From NCBI GenBank assembly GCA_043228905.1, contig JBHGNT010000004.1:11036001-11100000 (forward strand): a stretch of 64,000 bases of DNA, in the 5' to 3' direction. The notes under the pieces were generated by a model, which saw only the letters and a program-made list of their open reading frames with translations, was not told where the DNA came from and searched no databases. This document shows, one piece after another, positions 25,357-38,478 of the stretch; positions within the stretch are counted from its first letter, which is position 1; each line of letters opens with the position of its first letter. The translations under genes were made by a program, and so were the position numbers. Source of the DNA: Azolla caroliniana. Lineage: Eukaryota; Plantae; Polypodiophyta.

Positions 25357-28300
25357 CTACTCATCGTTCAAAATGTCCAGGATGTTCAGCTCCGTCCATA
25401 CGGTTTGGTCCGGAAACGATGTGACATCCGTAGGTGCTTCGTTGTTCTGCTCGACCGGCTCCTCCAATTGCGTGTTGTCCACTTCACCACGTTTGGCCGG
25501 TGTGTGAGTTCCCATGTTTTCATCTATACTCTGTGTGATCAGGGCCAGCTCCATTGGTTCGATGTCCGGATCATTCCTCCAAGGTTCTGGTGTGGGCTCC
25601 TCCTTCAGTCTGTGGGCAAGCGGTCAGACGGGGCTCTTCCCTGTCCATTTCTTCCGTAGCGTTGACAGGCATAGTGATCAGCTCCAGAGGGTTGTTCAAA
25701 ATGGGCCGAGGCTCATCTTGTTCAGCAGAATCACTGTTTGGTACCACAATTGTCTCTGTCCTCTGTTGTTCACTGCTGACCTCCATTAGCCGGCGGAAAA
25801 TTTCTTCTTGACTTTCCCTGAAATCTTCCAACAGCTGTGTGGGTGCTTCAGACTGCTGGTCCGCTAGCGTGCGATAGTCCTGCGTGAGGTCTTCACGTAC
25901 TACCGCAATGCTTTCCTCATTGAGCTTGTAGAAGCCTCTGCCTTCTTTTCGTCGGTTCTCCCAGTCCGCCCAGTAGGTGTGCAATTTTGTTGCATGTGTT
26001 GCCCATGACGTCCATACTTTGTCCAATACCACTTTCAACTGTGCCGTAAACCGCTCGCGATTTGTTTGAAGAAGGATGCGTACATTGTCCGTTATTGTTT
26101 GGGAGCGGGTGTGCGCTTTGTCCAGGGCTTTCTTGAGGTTTTCGATTTTACGCTTATTGGTCGTAGCCGTTTCCTCATAGAGGCTCTTTATCTTCGTCCA
26201 TATCTAGGATCCTTTCAAGTGTAGTTCCTCGAGCCAACCCATTTCATTGTTCAGGCGGACTTCTACCTTATGCTTGAGTTCCTGTTCCTGCACAAGCTGC
26301 TTGTCGTACCACGCTTTCTTCCTTTCCAATAACTCTCGAAGCCCCGTGATAACGGCTTCTATCTTTTGGGCTTCCTCACACAGCTTCCCATTTTCTTCTT
26401 TTGTGCAGGTATGCGTTGTTTTCTCTACCTCGAGCTTATCCTCCAGTGCTTTCACCGCCCTTCGTCCTTTTGCCTGGACATCCTTTTCTATGTCTAATGA
26501 TTGGCGCAGTTCCGCGCGGAGGCGGTCAATCTCGAACTCGGCTAACTACATAGCTCTTTTTGCTTTTGTGGCGATGGCGGTTTGTGCTTCGACCTCCTCC
26601 TGTAAAGTCGTTGATGCGTCATCATTGGATGCAAGACCGGAGTTTTGCTGCATTGTAGTTGCGTTGCGTTCTAATTCCACAATGCACTCTTGGGCCTTTT
26701 GTAGTTGGGTTTGAGTCGGCTTGACTGTTTTTCTTTGGCTCCCATATTAACTGTAGCCAACTCCCTATGTACTTCGACGAGGGTCGTATTCAATGGGGGT
26801 AATTCAATGCCCATGCGGCAAATCCTACTTTCCATTGTCTGCCTATCTTGGCAAGGGGTCCCTCATCGTCGCTTTCCACCGTTCTCGTCAGCGCACGCTG
26901 TCGTAGTGTATTTCGTACACTATGTGAAAATAATATAAAATAACCGATTGAATAAATATGAAGAAAAAAGAAGAAAATATCAAAATAAGCATTACATGCA
27001 TAGGGCAAGATTCAAACCTTGCACCTCCATGTTAATAATGTGAAACCTTACCATTACGCTAGCATTTCATTAGTGTTAAAAAAATAGATGTCCTACATAG
27101 AAAGGTAAGTTCACCTAGGATAAACTTTAGTTAAAAGAAAAACGCATGCTAAAAGAAAAAGCTACACATGCACATCTAGCGTGCATGAAGGCTATAGTCG
27201 ATAAAAAATGCACAAGTTAGAAAAAAAAGCATGATCACTTTAGATAAAGCATATAGTCTATCTATAGGAAAAGCATGGAGTCTATAGTTAGAGGAAAAGC
27301 ATGGATTACTAAGACTCCCTCATCACTACATAAGGATGGGGAGCACAATGTAAGGGGTGTGAAATATTTGGGAAATTGGATATATTTCCTAAAACACCAA
27401 TTAATAAACTATACTCGTGGGATTCACGAAATTTCTATATCTTTCTCTATCAATCTAAATACATATTCTTACATAAATATTAATCAATAAAATACATTAT
27501 ACTTGTGGGATTCACAAGTTTCTAATAATCTATTCATAATTAGAATCGTCTCAAATTCTTCCTCTTCCTAGTCCAAAACCCCAGCGGTTCCCACCCAACT
27601 CACGCAACAATCCGGAGCCGAAAGGCACGACACAAGTATAATGTATTTTATTGCACCGACTACGACCGCGGAAGATTGAAGAAGGAGATTGGGTGACTGT
27701 CTACGACAGTAGTTTGGATCATCAACATACAACGATGCGGAAGTTCGCGAAAAGGTGGTTCGGGCCATCCGAGGTTCGAAAAGTTTTTGACAACGGAACT
27801 TACCGACTATGCGAGTTGGATGGAACAATGCTACAAGTGCCTATAGTCGGGAAATGGGTGAAGATTTTCAAGAAGCGGACTAATGAAGAACCCTATGTGA
27901 TCCTAGACAAGACCGACAAGAAGGAGCAATCGGACGAAGGTCGCGGTGATGCGGAAAGCGAAGAAAGTGGATTACAACTCATAGTCGACTTAAGGGGAGA
28001 ATCGGAGGAAGCTTCGGATGAAGGTGAATAGCAAGCATCGGGGACTTCGGCACATACCAGAGGATGTGCGGGTTCGGAGGGGGCGAGTGTCGTAGTGTGA
28101 AATATGTAAAATACTATATCCGATTTAAAGTACGTATAATTTAAATAAAATAAAATATTAAAAATATAATTTAAAGTACGTATTTAGTGTGCATGAACAC
28201 TTTAGAAAAAGCATGAAGCTATGCTTAGCCTCTTCCATCCTTATATAAGGAGAAGAGAAAGATGTATGGGGGGGGGTTGTTGCTTATTTTACAAGGGTGG

Positions 28301-29638
28301 ATTAATATAATATAATCGTGGGATTCACGAATTTGCTAACTATTTTTCTCTCTTAATCTGAGTACTCACTAATACACTATACTCGTGGGATTCACGAGTT
28401 TTTCATATCTTTCTTTCTTACAACATATTTCATATTCTTCATTGCCTTAGAATTTTCTTTTCTCCTAGTCCAAAACCTCAGTGGTTCCCACCCGACTCAC
28501 GCAAACGATCCGGCGCCAAAAGGCACGACAACGCTCAATCATTTGTTGTTCTGCGTGCTCTTCGGCCGTTCTCTGGGACACCTTGATCTGTTGTGTCGCC
28601 AAAAATTCCATGAGTTCGTAAGTCGTCCCAAACTGTAACAGCGCGTCGAACTCATGGGCCGTATCCAGGATGTCTGGGTACTTGAGGACTTCGCTTTCCG
28701 TTGTGAGCACTCCTTTGCCACGCTGCGACTGAGCCGAAATGATCGGTTGTGGTTCCCGGATTATCTCCAATGTAGTTATGTGTTTTCGTAGGGCCGGAAG
28801 TGTCGATTGGTGTGGCTGTATCTTTGACCAGTCCGCGGCCATCCTTCTGATCTAATCTTCGCCGTTTTGGCCTGGGGCTTTCTTGATTCTGTTCCATTTC
28901 TTGCTCAGTCGTTGCTGTTAGTGCTTCGACCGGCCTTGCTGGTTGTTCCGGCTGCAATGATTGCACTACAGGGTGGGAAGGTTGTGGTTCCTCTTCCCAT
29001 TCCGTGGTTGCCAATTCCGATAACCGTCATTTCGCGGATCGTGGCGGAGGCATAGGTTTACTGGGCGGTGTGGCGGGCAGACTGCGAGGCGAAAACAATA
29101 TTGTAAGATATTGTTGTATAATCGTCCTTAGCCTTTTGCCGGCCTGGTATGCGTGCAGGCCCTCTCTTAGCGTTGGTCTCGTAATCACTCCCCAATCTAC
29201 TACGCGCCCTTTGAATGTATCAATGATAATGCTTGCCTTCTGTTTCGGCATCCCGTATGCGTTGACGTGCAAGCAACCGACCTCAAGTAGGAACTTGGCT
29301 ATTTCCCGAAAGAATGGGTTCGGGATATCTTTCATTCTATATGCCTTGGCTGATACGGAGTATTCCCCAAAATATTCCTCTAGGGTTTTTGTAGGGGGAC
29401 TGTCAAAGTTTTTCTCCCCAATTGCAGATAGGTCCATTTTTTTCCGAATGGTGGTGTTTGTCACAGTGTCCACATTGAGTTTTTTGGCGATGTCAAGAGC
29501 ATCAGGGTGTGATGGTGCCTCGGCGACCCTGATGTACCCCTCAAAACCCTTTTCCAGGAGCCACCTGCGTAAAGCTGCAGATATGGGAACCAGCATCGTG
29601 GGCGGAAGCGGCTTGTATAGAATAGGTGAAGCTCTCAA
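25357..29638 (-). pseudogene. Long accessory ORF downstream of integrase: globular N-terminal domain, P/E-rich linker, coiled coil, NILDIL C-terminus
   Basis: Collinear ORFs 29027-29638, 28652-29014, 28465-28842, 26204-26455, 25571-26038, 25357-25554; interrupted by 26899-28530. Confidence 0.7.
26899..28530 (+). mobile_element. Small internally deleted gypsy LTR element
   Basis: LTRs 26899-27632 and 28088-28530 (TGTCG..CGACA); TSD ACGC; PPT ggaggggggcgag; internal ORF 27651-28031 is an integrase C-terminus (KFAKRWFGP...GTYRL); no PBS seen. Confidence 0.88.
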
Positions 29639-30439
29639 ACTACGATGATCGTGGACTCTGTGGTATGTTGGGGAGCGAGGAGAGCCAAGAGAGCCAGGAG
29701 GCGAGGAGAGTTAGTCTATTTTCTGTAGTGTGCAGAAAACCTTCTTTTCCCCTCTTTTTGTGCTCTTGGGTTTATTGGCCTGTGTGACATCGTGGTGCCG
29801 CATGTGCTTGATCTTGAAGTTTGTGCATGCATAACACCTTTTAATAGTCGTAACTATCTTCTCTCTCTTTTTTTCTTTTTCTTTTTTTAATGGTAAAGTA
29901 CATTATTACTGTTACATTTTATTACACATGGGTTCCAGGTACTAGTTAGTGGAGGGACCTCTCTGTCGTGTTAGTTACGGCGTGACACGGGTTTGGGGGC
30001 GTAGGTCCTAGATAAGGTTTTAATCGGAACCCATTTACTTTTTGCCGAAGTATAACTCTAGCGAGGGTACCCAATTGGAAGGTGCCATTTTCCGCTCCAA
30101 CTATCTAATACGGCCCTGTCCAGCGGAACCGTAATTTACTTGGCATTTGACCCATGTGTGTTTGAAAGACCAATACATCCTTCCCAATTGCAAAGCATTT
30201 CTCCCGTGTGCTCCGATGTCGATCCACGAATGCTTTACGCCGTCGTTGCTCATGCGCGAGTATGGCCATACTATACACCCGAGCCTTGCCTAATTCGAGG
30301 AGTTGTTGTAGCCGTATTTGCTCGGACTTGCCTTCTGACAGTCGGTCTCATACTTGAATTCTCAAACTGGGCACCTGGAATTCGATGGGCATTACAACTT
30401 CTAAGCCAAACGCTAGCCGAAAAGGTGTGGATTGTACAT

Positions 30440-33400
30440 TGTCGTGAAGATTTTCGTCCATAGGGGGAAAACCGAGCGGAGTGAGAAAAACCGGGGTGTG
30501 CAACGTTGCACACGCACATGATGTATTTGTAAATATTAATAAGAAAAAATGTAAATTGTAAGAAATGCACCACAAGATTCCTAAAATGTAAATGTGATGT
30601 GCACTTATGTGCACATCCACATGAGAGAGAGAGAGAGGTACATAGGAGTACAAGGTGAGTAATGGGCATAGTAGTATGTGTGAGGAGTGGGAGTTAAGGC
30701 CCCATCAATCCCTCCTCCAAGAATCTAAGCAAATATCCCCCATTGAATGAAGGGGATATTTAGTTTCTCCCTTTTGTAACGGCTTTCTCTCCTTGTGCTA
30801 TAGAAGGAGAGGAAGGGGCACCATTGAAGGGGTTGCCTATTTTGAGTGAGAAGAGGTATACCACTTAGGTCGAGGGTTTCTATTCGGTTTAGCGTTTCTT
30901 CATTTCTTTCTTTACTTATCCGATTAGGGTTTACATTCTACTTAGGTTTTGAGTCCGGCCCACGCGGCCGCGGTTGTAATCGCATTGAGGCTTTCATGCC
31001 CATAATATACATAACTTCTTGAATCTTGTCTCTTTCTACTTTCTCTACCATGCTAATCTCTTCCACTTTGCTCATACCCGGCTTCCCATCTACTCCCTAG
31101 TCCAAGACCCCCGTAGTCCCCCCTTATTCTACACGCACGTGCAGAAAAACACGACATATTTGGTGAACCCGACGTGAATAGGCAGCAAGGGAGAAAGAGG
31201 ATGGAAGAGGAAGACATCACGGAAGTAATGGCGAGGATGGTGAAGGATTTTGCAAGGTAAAGAGAAAGATGGGACGAGGCATACGAGTATGATCGACGCG
31301 AGTTCGGTCTATGGGTAGCATCGGCGAAGGTTCCTCAGAGCGCAATGAAAGCATTCCGAGAGTTCGAGCATCGTTTTGCTCAACTCTCGGACCGGGATCA
31401 AAGATTGGTGGGGACAGACAAGGTCCTACTATTTTTAAAGTCGGTCAATGAAAAGGGAAAAATGGTCATTTTATCCGAACTCAAAGACGATGAAGGGGCG
31501 TACGGCCTCACCGAGGATTGCAACGAGGTAGAGAGGGTATGCCGACGACAAGAGGAGATGTGGTCGTCTGCAACACGGCCCGCAAGCGGCGGTGAAAGGA
31601 GGATGGTGAGTGACTACGCGTCACCGCCGACGGAGGAAAGCTCACCGCGGAATGGTTCGGTGGAGCTCGACATCGAAAGCCTTGGTACGAGAAGCGTACG
31701 AGATCGTGAAGGCACAAATCGAAGGCGGAGAAGGGTATACTATGGAGACGGGCCCGAGAGGATCGGAGGACACGGAGGAAGACGCCTCCCTACACATGAA
31801 GGACGGGGCCTATGCAGAGGCCGAAAGAGCGTACAACGGTGATATGGGAGAGGGTGCAGAGTGAGCCACCCTCTCGTCTTGCGGGAAAAGGATGGCCACG
31901 GATAAGGCCGGGAACTACGGAGCAATGAACACCACTTCGAGAGTGGGCGTAAGTTTCGGGACGCGATTGCCCAAAACATTCTACGAGGAGGTATCAAGCA
32001 TAATCGAGGCTTGTGGAATCGAGGAAGAGATAGCCACGGACCACGGCGTCCAAACGAAGGTGGCTACGAACATGACACCGACGAGTGATGGTACCGGGAC
32101 TTTTCCCACACCTATTCTAGAGACTTCGGCGGTCGGGCCCGAGAGCCCACGTGAGACCGGAGAGACAGAAGGTGGCGGCGCCAAGGCGGACGACCGAAAC
32201 GACGACGAGGAAGGTCATAGCGGACGGAGGAGAGACCCCTCGACACCGAGACCGGAGACTACGGCGGTTGCGCCCAAGTGCGGACATAAGACCGAAGAGA
32301 TGGGCAGTGGCCGTGAGGAGGCGTGGCCCAGAGCGGGCACATACGAAGAGGATGCGAGGCCCGGAACGGGCATATCCAAAGGTACCGAAGGAGAGGCCGG
32401 GAGCAACCGGGAGTGGCAAAGAGGAGAGAGTCGGGAACCGACCCAACCGGAAGACGAACCGGTCGGTAATCCGACACGACCCGATGACGACGCGGAAAAA
32501 GATTGGAGCGGGGGCCGGTCAACCGGGCCCAAACAGAAGAAGAGCCGGCAAGGCCGGAATTGTTTTGCAGAACCCTTACCGACCGGTTATGATTACGGAA
32601 GGGAGCCGCGAGGAGACATGGCTCAAGACGAGCATACATGGAGGGAAGGATGTGGCCGACGAGATGGCCAAAGACGGAGCCGCGATCGAGTTCGATGGAG
32701 AGGCGGAATGTGATGAGGAAACAAGAGCCGAGAACCGGTCAAACCGGAATATGACCCGGTCGGTGATCCGACCCGAAAGGTAGCGGACTCGGCCGGAATT
32801 GTTCGGCCAAGACCGACACGGCCGAATGTGAATGCGGAAGAAGGTCGACCGAGCCAAAAACCGAACGACCAAGACCAGTCCCAAAAAGGGCTAAGCCGGC
32901 CCAATTGGAGATCGTGGCGAGCATACCGCAACACCCGATGGGAGGCGGTGAACACGAAGAGGTCAAGCATGCACGAGGAGTAGGACTCGGTGGGAGACCG
33001 AGAGCGAGAGGAACCCTCCACACCTATCCTTGAGACTTTGGCGGTTGTGGATCGGTGTAAGACCAAAGAGACGGTGGGTGGCGGCGAGGAGTGGGAGGCC
33101 GACGCGGAGATCGGGTCTACAACGAGTGAAGGACGGAATACGATGCACGCAATACTATTGCTCGAGGGCCAAGGGACAAGCATGCATTCGGAGGAGCCGC
33201 AATGAGTGACCGATGATGACAGTCGGATGAAGCCTTCGAGAGGCAGGCGCGGGACGAAGGACAGCACGACGAGATGACAAGATCGACAGAACGAGACGAG
33301 ACGATCGGCGTGAACGAAGGATTGTGTCTAGGGAAACAGAGGAGGTGCGTGGAGAACGGAGGGTCACGCACCGTGAAGAGCAAATGGGGCATCCCAAAGG

Positions 33401-34772
33401 ATGTGTGCGGCCGAGCGGGCCAAGCGGACCAAGAGGGTGTACCTCGGGGCGAAGCGGCAAAATCAGAGGTTGCGGAGGACACCGAAGACGAGAGCACCGA
33501 CATGGATGTCGGTGAAGCAACGTACCTTTTCGAAAGGGTACGCAGAGCGGAGTGCGAGACGTGTGATGTGGCCACGTAAGGGCCGAGCGACGAACACGAG
33601 GATGATCAACGACGAAGTTCGGCGCGTGACAGTGTTGAGTTGAGGAAGCGGCTGAGGCAAGACAAGCGTGGACGAAGAGCACACGGTGCGATATCCGGCA
33701 AATAGTCGGGAAGAACGAGGATTCGGTCCAAGGTCGCGCAAGGAAAACGAAGGAAGCCAAAGAGAGGTGTGCGAAGACAGGGTCTGGCGGATCGGGCGGA
33801 GACGGTGGTTCGGCGAACTCCGTCGAGTATGGTGGATCGGATGGAACCGACAATTCGAGAGCATACGGCGGGTATGGCGGACCAGGAGGCTACGGTGGTC
33901 CATGTGGGAAGGATGGGCTTGCTCGAAGTGGAAGACGAAGTCGGGCAAAGTTGACAAGGACGCTAAGGACTCTGTTGATCACCATGGCCAAAAATCTCAC
34001 CTCTTTCCCCTTCTTGGCACATACCGGTGGATGTGCGTTTTGGTGGGGCCGGATGTCGTGAATATTTTTGTCCATAGGGGGAAAACCGAGCGGAGTGAGC
34101 AAAACCGGGGTGTGCAATGTTGCACACGCACATGATGTATTTGTAAATATTAATAAGAGCAAATGTAAATTGTAAGAAATGCACCACAAGATTCCTAAAA
34201 TGTAAATGTGATGTGCACTTATGTGCACATCCACATGAGAGAGAGAGAGAGAGGTACATAGGAGTACGAGGTGAGTAATGGACATAGTAGTATGTGTGAG
34301 GAGTGGGAGTTAAGGCCCCATCAATCCCTCCTCCAAGAATCTAAGCAAATATCCCCCATTGAATGAAGGGGATATTTAGTCTCTCCCTTTTGTAACGGCT
34401 TTCTCTCCTTGTGCTATAAAAGGAGAGGAAGGGGCACCATTGAGGGGGTTGCCTATTTTGAGTGAGAAGAGGTATACCACTTAGGTCGAGGGTTTCTATT
34501 CGGTTTAGTGTTTCTTCATTTCTTTCTTTACTTATCCGATTAGGGTTTACATTCTACTTAGGTTTTGAGTCCAGCCCACGCGGCCGCGGTTGTAATCGCA
34601 TTGAGGCTTTCATGCCCATAATATACATAACTTCTTAAATCTTGTCTCTTTCTACTTTCTCTACCGTGTTAATCTCTTCCACTTTGCTCATACCCGTCTT
34701 GCCATCTACTCCCTAGTCCAAGACCCCCATGGTCCCACCTTATTCTACACGCACGCGTAGAAAAATGCGACA
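30440..34772 (+). mobile_element. Second non-autonomous gag-only tRNA-Trp-primed LTR element
   Basis: LTRs 30440-31156 and 34054-34772; PBS TGGTGAACCCGACGTGAA 31161-31178; flanks ACAT/ATGT consistent with a decayed ACGT TSD that restores host integrase N-N-V-Q-S; gag remnant 31201-31842; internal modules homologous to 14000-15800. Confidence 0.92.
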
Positions 34773-35360
34773 ATGTTATTTTTGTAACTCGTCTGATATG
34801 CCAACAAGTCGTTGTGTAGCTTGGTATCCCAGTCTATTCTATTCTCATTCATGATCTTTTTCATTATGGTCTGTAAGGTCTTATTCGTGAACTCTGCTAA
34901 CCCATTCGCTTGTGGGTAATATGGCGTGCTCTTCTTATGCACTACGGCGTAATGGTGTGTTAGCTCGTACATGACCGAATTCAGAAAGTGGCTCCCTTGA
35001 TCACTAATTGGGCAACCAAACCAACACCAAATGTATTCGTAAAGAAATTTTGTCGTGGATGTTGTCGTATTATCCCGTAACTCTTTTGCTTCTACCCACT
35101 TAGTGCAGTAATCCGTGGCTACGAGAATGTATTGCCGGTCCGCGTCGCTGCCGGTGTAAAGGGACCGACAAAATCCAGACCCCATTTCTAGAATGGATCC
35201 AGTGGAAGAACTGGTTGGTGTGGCATTCGTGAGAGCTCCGTAGGTTGCCCCAACCATTAACATAGATCACACTACCTATAGTATTGATACACGTCTTTCT
35301 ACATAGTTGGCCACCATAGACCTGCTTTTCATATTTTTCAAGTCGTAACATCGCCCACGT

Positions 35361-36381
35361 TGTCACGAAAATACGACGAGGATACGCGAACTTGAGGTAG
35401 GACCCCGGGGCCTCCGACCAAAGGATATCAGATTAATAGAATGTTTATATTAAACAATAAATGGAAATAAGAAAGATTGACAAATTTCATTAACAAATAG
35501 AAAAGAAAAATTACAATCAATCCCAAGATTGGGATTTAGAAGTTTTAAGTTTACTAAGATTAATAGAAAAGAAAAATTAGGAGTTTTGAGAGATATGGCT
35601 TCCGTAGGGAAAAATTAGGGTTTTTTAGTGTTATGGTTTCCATAGGGAAAATTAGGATTAGGTTATATGAGTATTATGGTTTCCGTAGGGAAAATTAGGG
35701 TTTTTTAGTGTTATGCCTTCCGTAGGGAAGATTAGGGTTTTTGAGTGTTATGGCTTCCGTAAGATAAGGGAGCTGAGAAGGAAAAGAAAATAATATTGGA
35801 GAGAAAATGAGTGTAAAAAAAAGATGGAATTTTATATGGAGTTCCTAGTTAATTATATGCATGTCCACTTTTTGTTGCATGGCCTCTACTTTTAGTTGTT
35901 TAGCTTTTTCTTTTAGTTGCATCTATTTTTAGTTGCATGCCTTTTTCTTTTAGTTGCATGCGACTGTCCACATGACCTTTACTTTAGTTTTCTTCACTTC
36001 ACTTTAATTAGCCCCATGATCCTTTTATCCGTTCAGTTTGCGTCCAGCCTCGTCCGGTCGCCGATTGCCGCCGGTTTTCGGTTTTGCTTACCGACCGGTT
36101 CCGGTTTTGCTTACTAGCCGATTTCCGGTTTTTGGAAACTTGGCCACCATCATCCATCAAGACAAAGTGGCCAAAGTGCTCTTAGCACAAATGAAAATTA
36201 GGGTCTCAAGGTGCTTATATAGCCAGGGCCTTAAGTTTCTTATTCATGTGGGATAAATAATAGTTCTATTTTCCCTATCTTCTCAAACATCCATCTTCTA
36301 TAACATGCCATTAAGCTAATATAAAGTACTTTTTTTATTTTTTTATTTTTTTTTACATAGTGTGAGAAGATTCACATGACA
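35361..36381. repeat. Solo LTR (TGTCAC..ATGACA) inserted in element B integrase, with ~36-bp tandem repeats at 35594-35765
   Basis: Flanks ACGT/GCAT consistent with a decayed GCGT TSD; removal restores EAHCGTTGVHYAGDVTT. Confidence 0.8.
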
Positions 36382-36524
36382 GCATAATGTACCCCAGTCG
36401 TACCGCAATGAGCTTCCCGCAGAACGGCTTCCTTTTCATCCTGGCGTATCCCACGTCACCAAATCCCATCGTTGCCCCTTGTGGTAAAGTACTCCTTCCA
36501 CCAACCAAAAGTTACGACTGCAGA

Positions 36525-38444
36525 TGTTACCCGTAAGAATATACAGGGAGGCATAAGGGTATGTGTAATGATGTGGTTGATGTGTATGTGTAAAGTAAAT
36601 GAGTGTGTGAGGATGAGTATGTGTGAGCACATGCACAATTATGTGCATGTGACAAGAGTGTAACCGTCGTCTCTTTTGTAACGGTCATTGTTTACCGTTA
36701 CATTATGTATTATATAAACCCCTTATGGGGCATCTAATGGATATAGTTTTTTCCCCTCTCATTTCGTGTCATTTCCTATTTGTCTTTCTCTCTTGCTCTC
36801 TCTCTAACGTAACCCCCTTGGGAGGGGGGTGAATCCATTCTAGGTTTCACCCCCCACCCAACAACACTTTTGGCACGCTTGGTGGGACGACCCTCCCTTG
36901 AGAAGAGGTCATTCTTGCGCTCCCTCACTCCCCATCTTTGTATGTCTATTAGTCTCTGTGTTAAGAGAGTGTGTTCTTGTGCGTAGACTCATTGTATGGC
37001 GAGCTGTTTTGATTAGAGGTTTTTGGTGAAAGACTCTCTACGTGATACGATGAGAGGTTTTTGATGAGATCATGGACTTTGAAGAAGACATGGAGAACAT
37101 CCTATCATAGAAGAGTGAGAGGATCGAAGTTGAAAGGAGATCTACAACCATGGCTGAATATCGTCTTCAATCCGTTAGCTCTATGGTGGAAAACCTGCAG
37201 AATATTATTGGTCTTCTTGCAACTAAAGCAGCTAAACTAAGAGGGGAAGCAGAAGTTTCCATGGGTGAGAAGAAAAATTGATGCATATGATTTTGGGAGA
37301 AAAGGATTCTAGAAGATGTGACCCAGAGTTGGGCCTTGGTGAAAAGGCTATCAGTAGAGGTCTCGCAGAAACAGACGCAGAGAAAAATGATTTGGAAGCA
37401 GACAACAAACCTTCTCCCTCTCTCTCCTGCCTTCCTCGTTCCGTTTTCCCTTGGTGGTGGTAGTGACTCGTGGGCGGTTTTATAGATACTCAGACACACC
37501 CACATGATCACAGAGAATCGACAGCAGGAGAGGGAGGAACATGATGGTGACCTTGCATATGCTTGTGATGCCTTTACCATCGCCATCTCCAACCATCATC
37601 AGCCCCTCTCTACATTCATCATCCCCTCCTCATCTCATCCTTCCTCTCCGCGTGTCTGTTTTTCTATCCCAAAGACTCTTCACAACTATGGCAGCTATCA
37701 TCACTCCCCACTCCATCGCTTCCATCCAAGCTTTCCTATGGCAACTTTGAGCCCAAGCCCGAATCTAAATTAGAGCTATGGTGGAATGTGTAGCAATGCA
37801 AACTATGGATTACATGCCTCCAGACTTAATGTGCCTCTACCATAGTTCAAGCTCATTGATACCCTAGTCATTCAAAATGTTTCTCTAGAAAATATAGAGT
37901 TATGGTTGGTTCCCATTTAAGATGGTTGGTTGGGACCTAATGCGTTGAAGGACAAACGCGTAACGCTCACTCTCACAACTACCGATGAAGAGAAGATCTC
38001 TACATAACATATTGTGGAATCTTTACACATTGGTCATTTTGACAATGAGATTGATATGTGTGGCTTGGAGAATTACCCTGGAATGATATGTACATGACCT
38101 GATCTCCATCGAATGGTCTAAACAACCGCCATCGCCGCCGTGATCGTTGTTGCCGCCGCCACCACAATTCGCTAGAAGTGAAAGGCGAGAATATGAATGG
38201 GAACAAAGAGAAAGGGGCAGAAAGAAAATTTTCAAAAACTCGAGGGCAGAGAAGAAAATTACAAGAACTCGAGGGCACGCACTCGAATTTCAAAAGTTCA
38301 AGGGTAGAAGACAAAATTTCAAAAGCTCAAGGGCATGACATGAGATTTCAAAATTTGGAGGGCAGAATGTAGAATTTCGAAAACACAAGGGCCGAAAATA
38401 AAATTTCAAAAATTTTGAGGGTAAAAATTTTAAAGACCAAAGGG

Positions 38445-38478
<34 letters not shown>

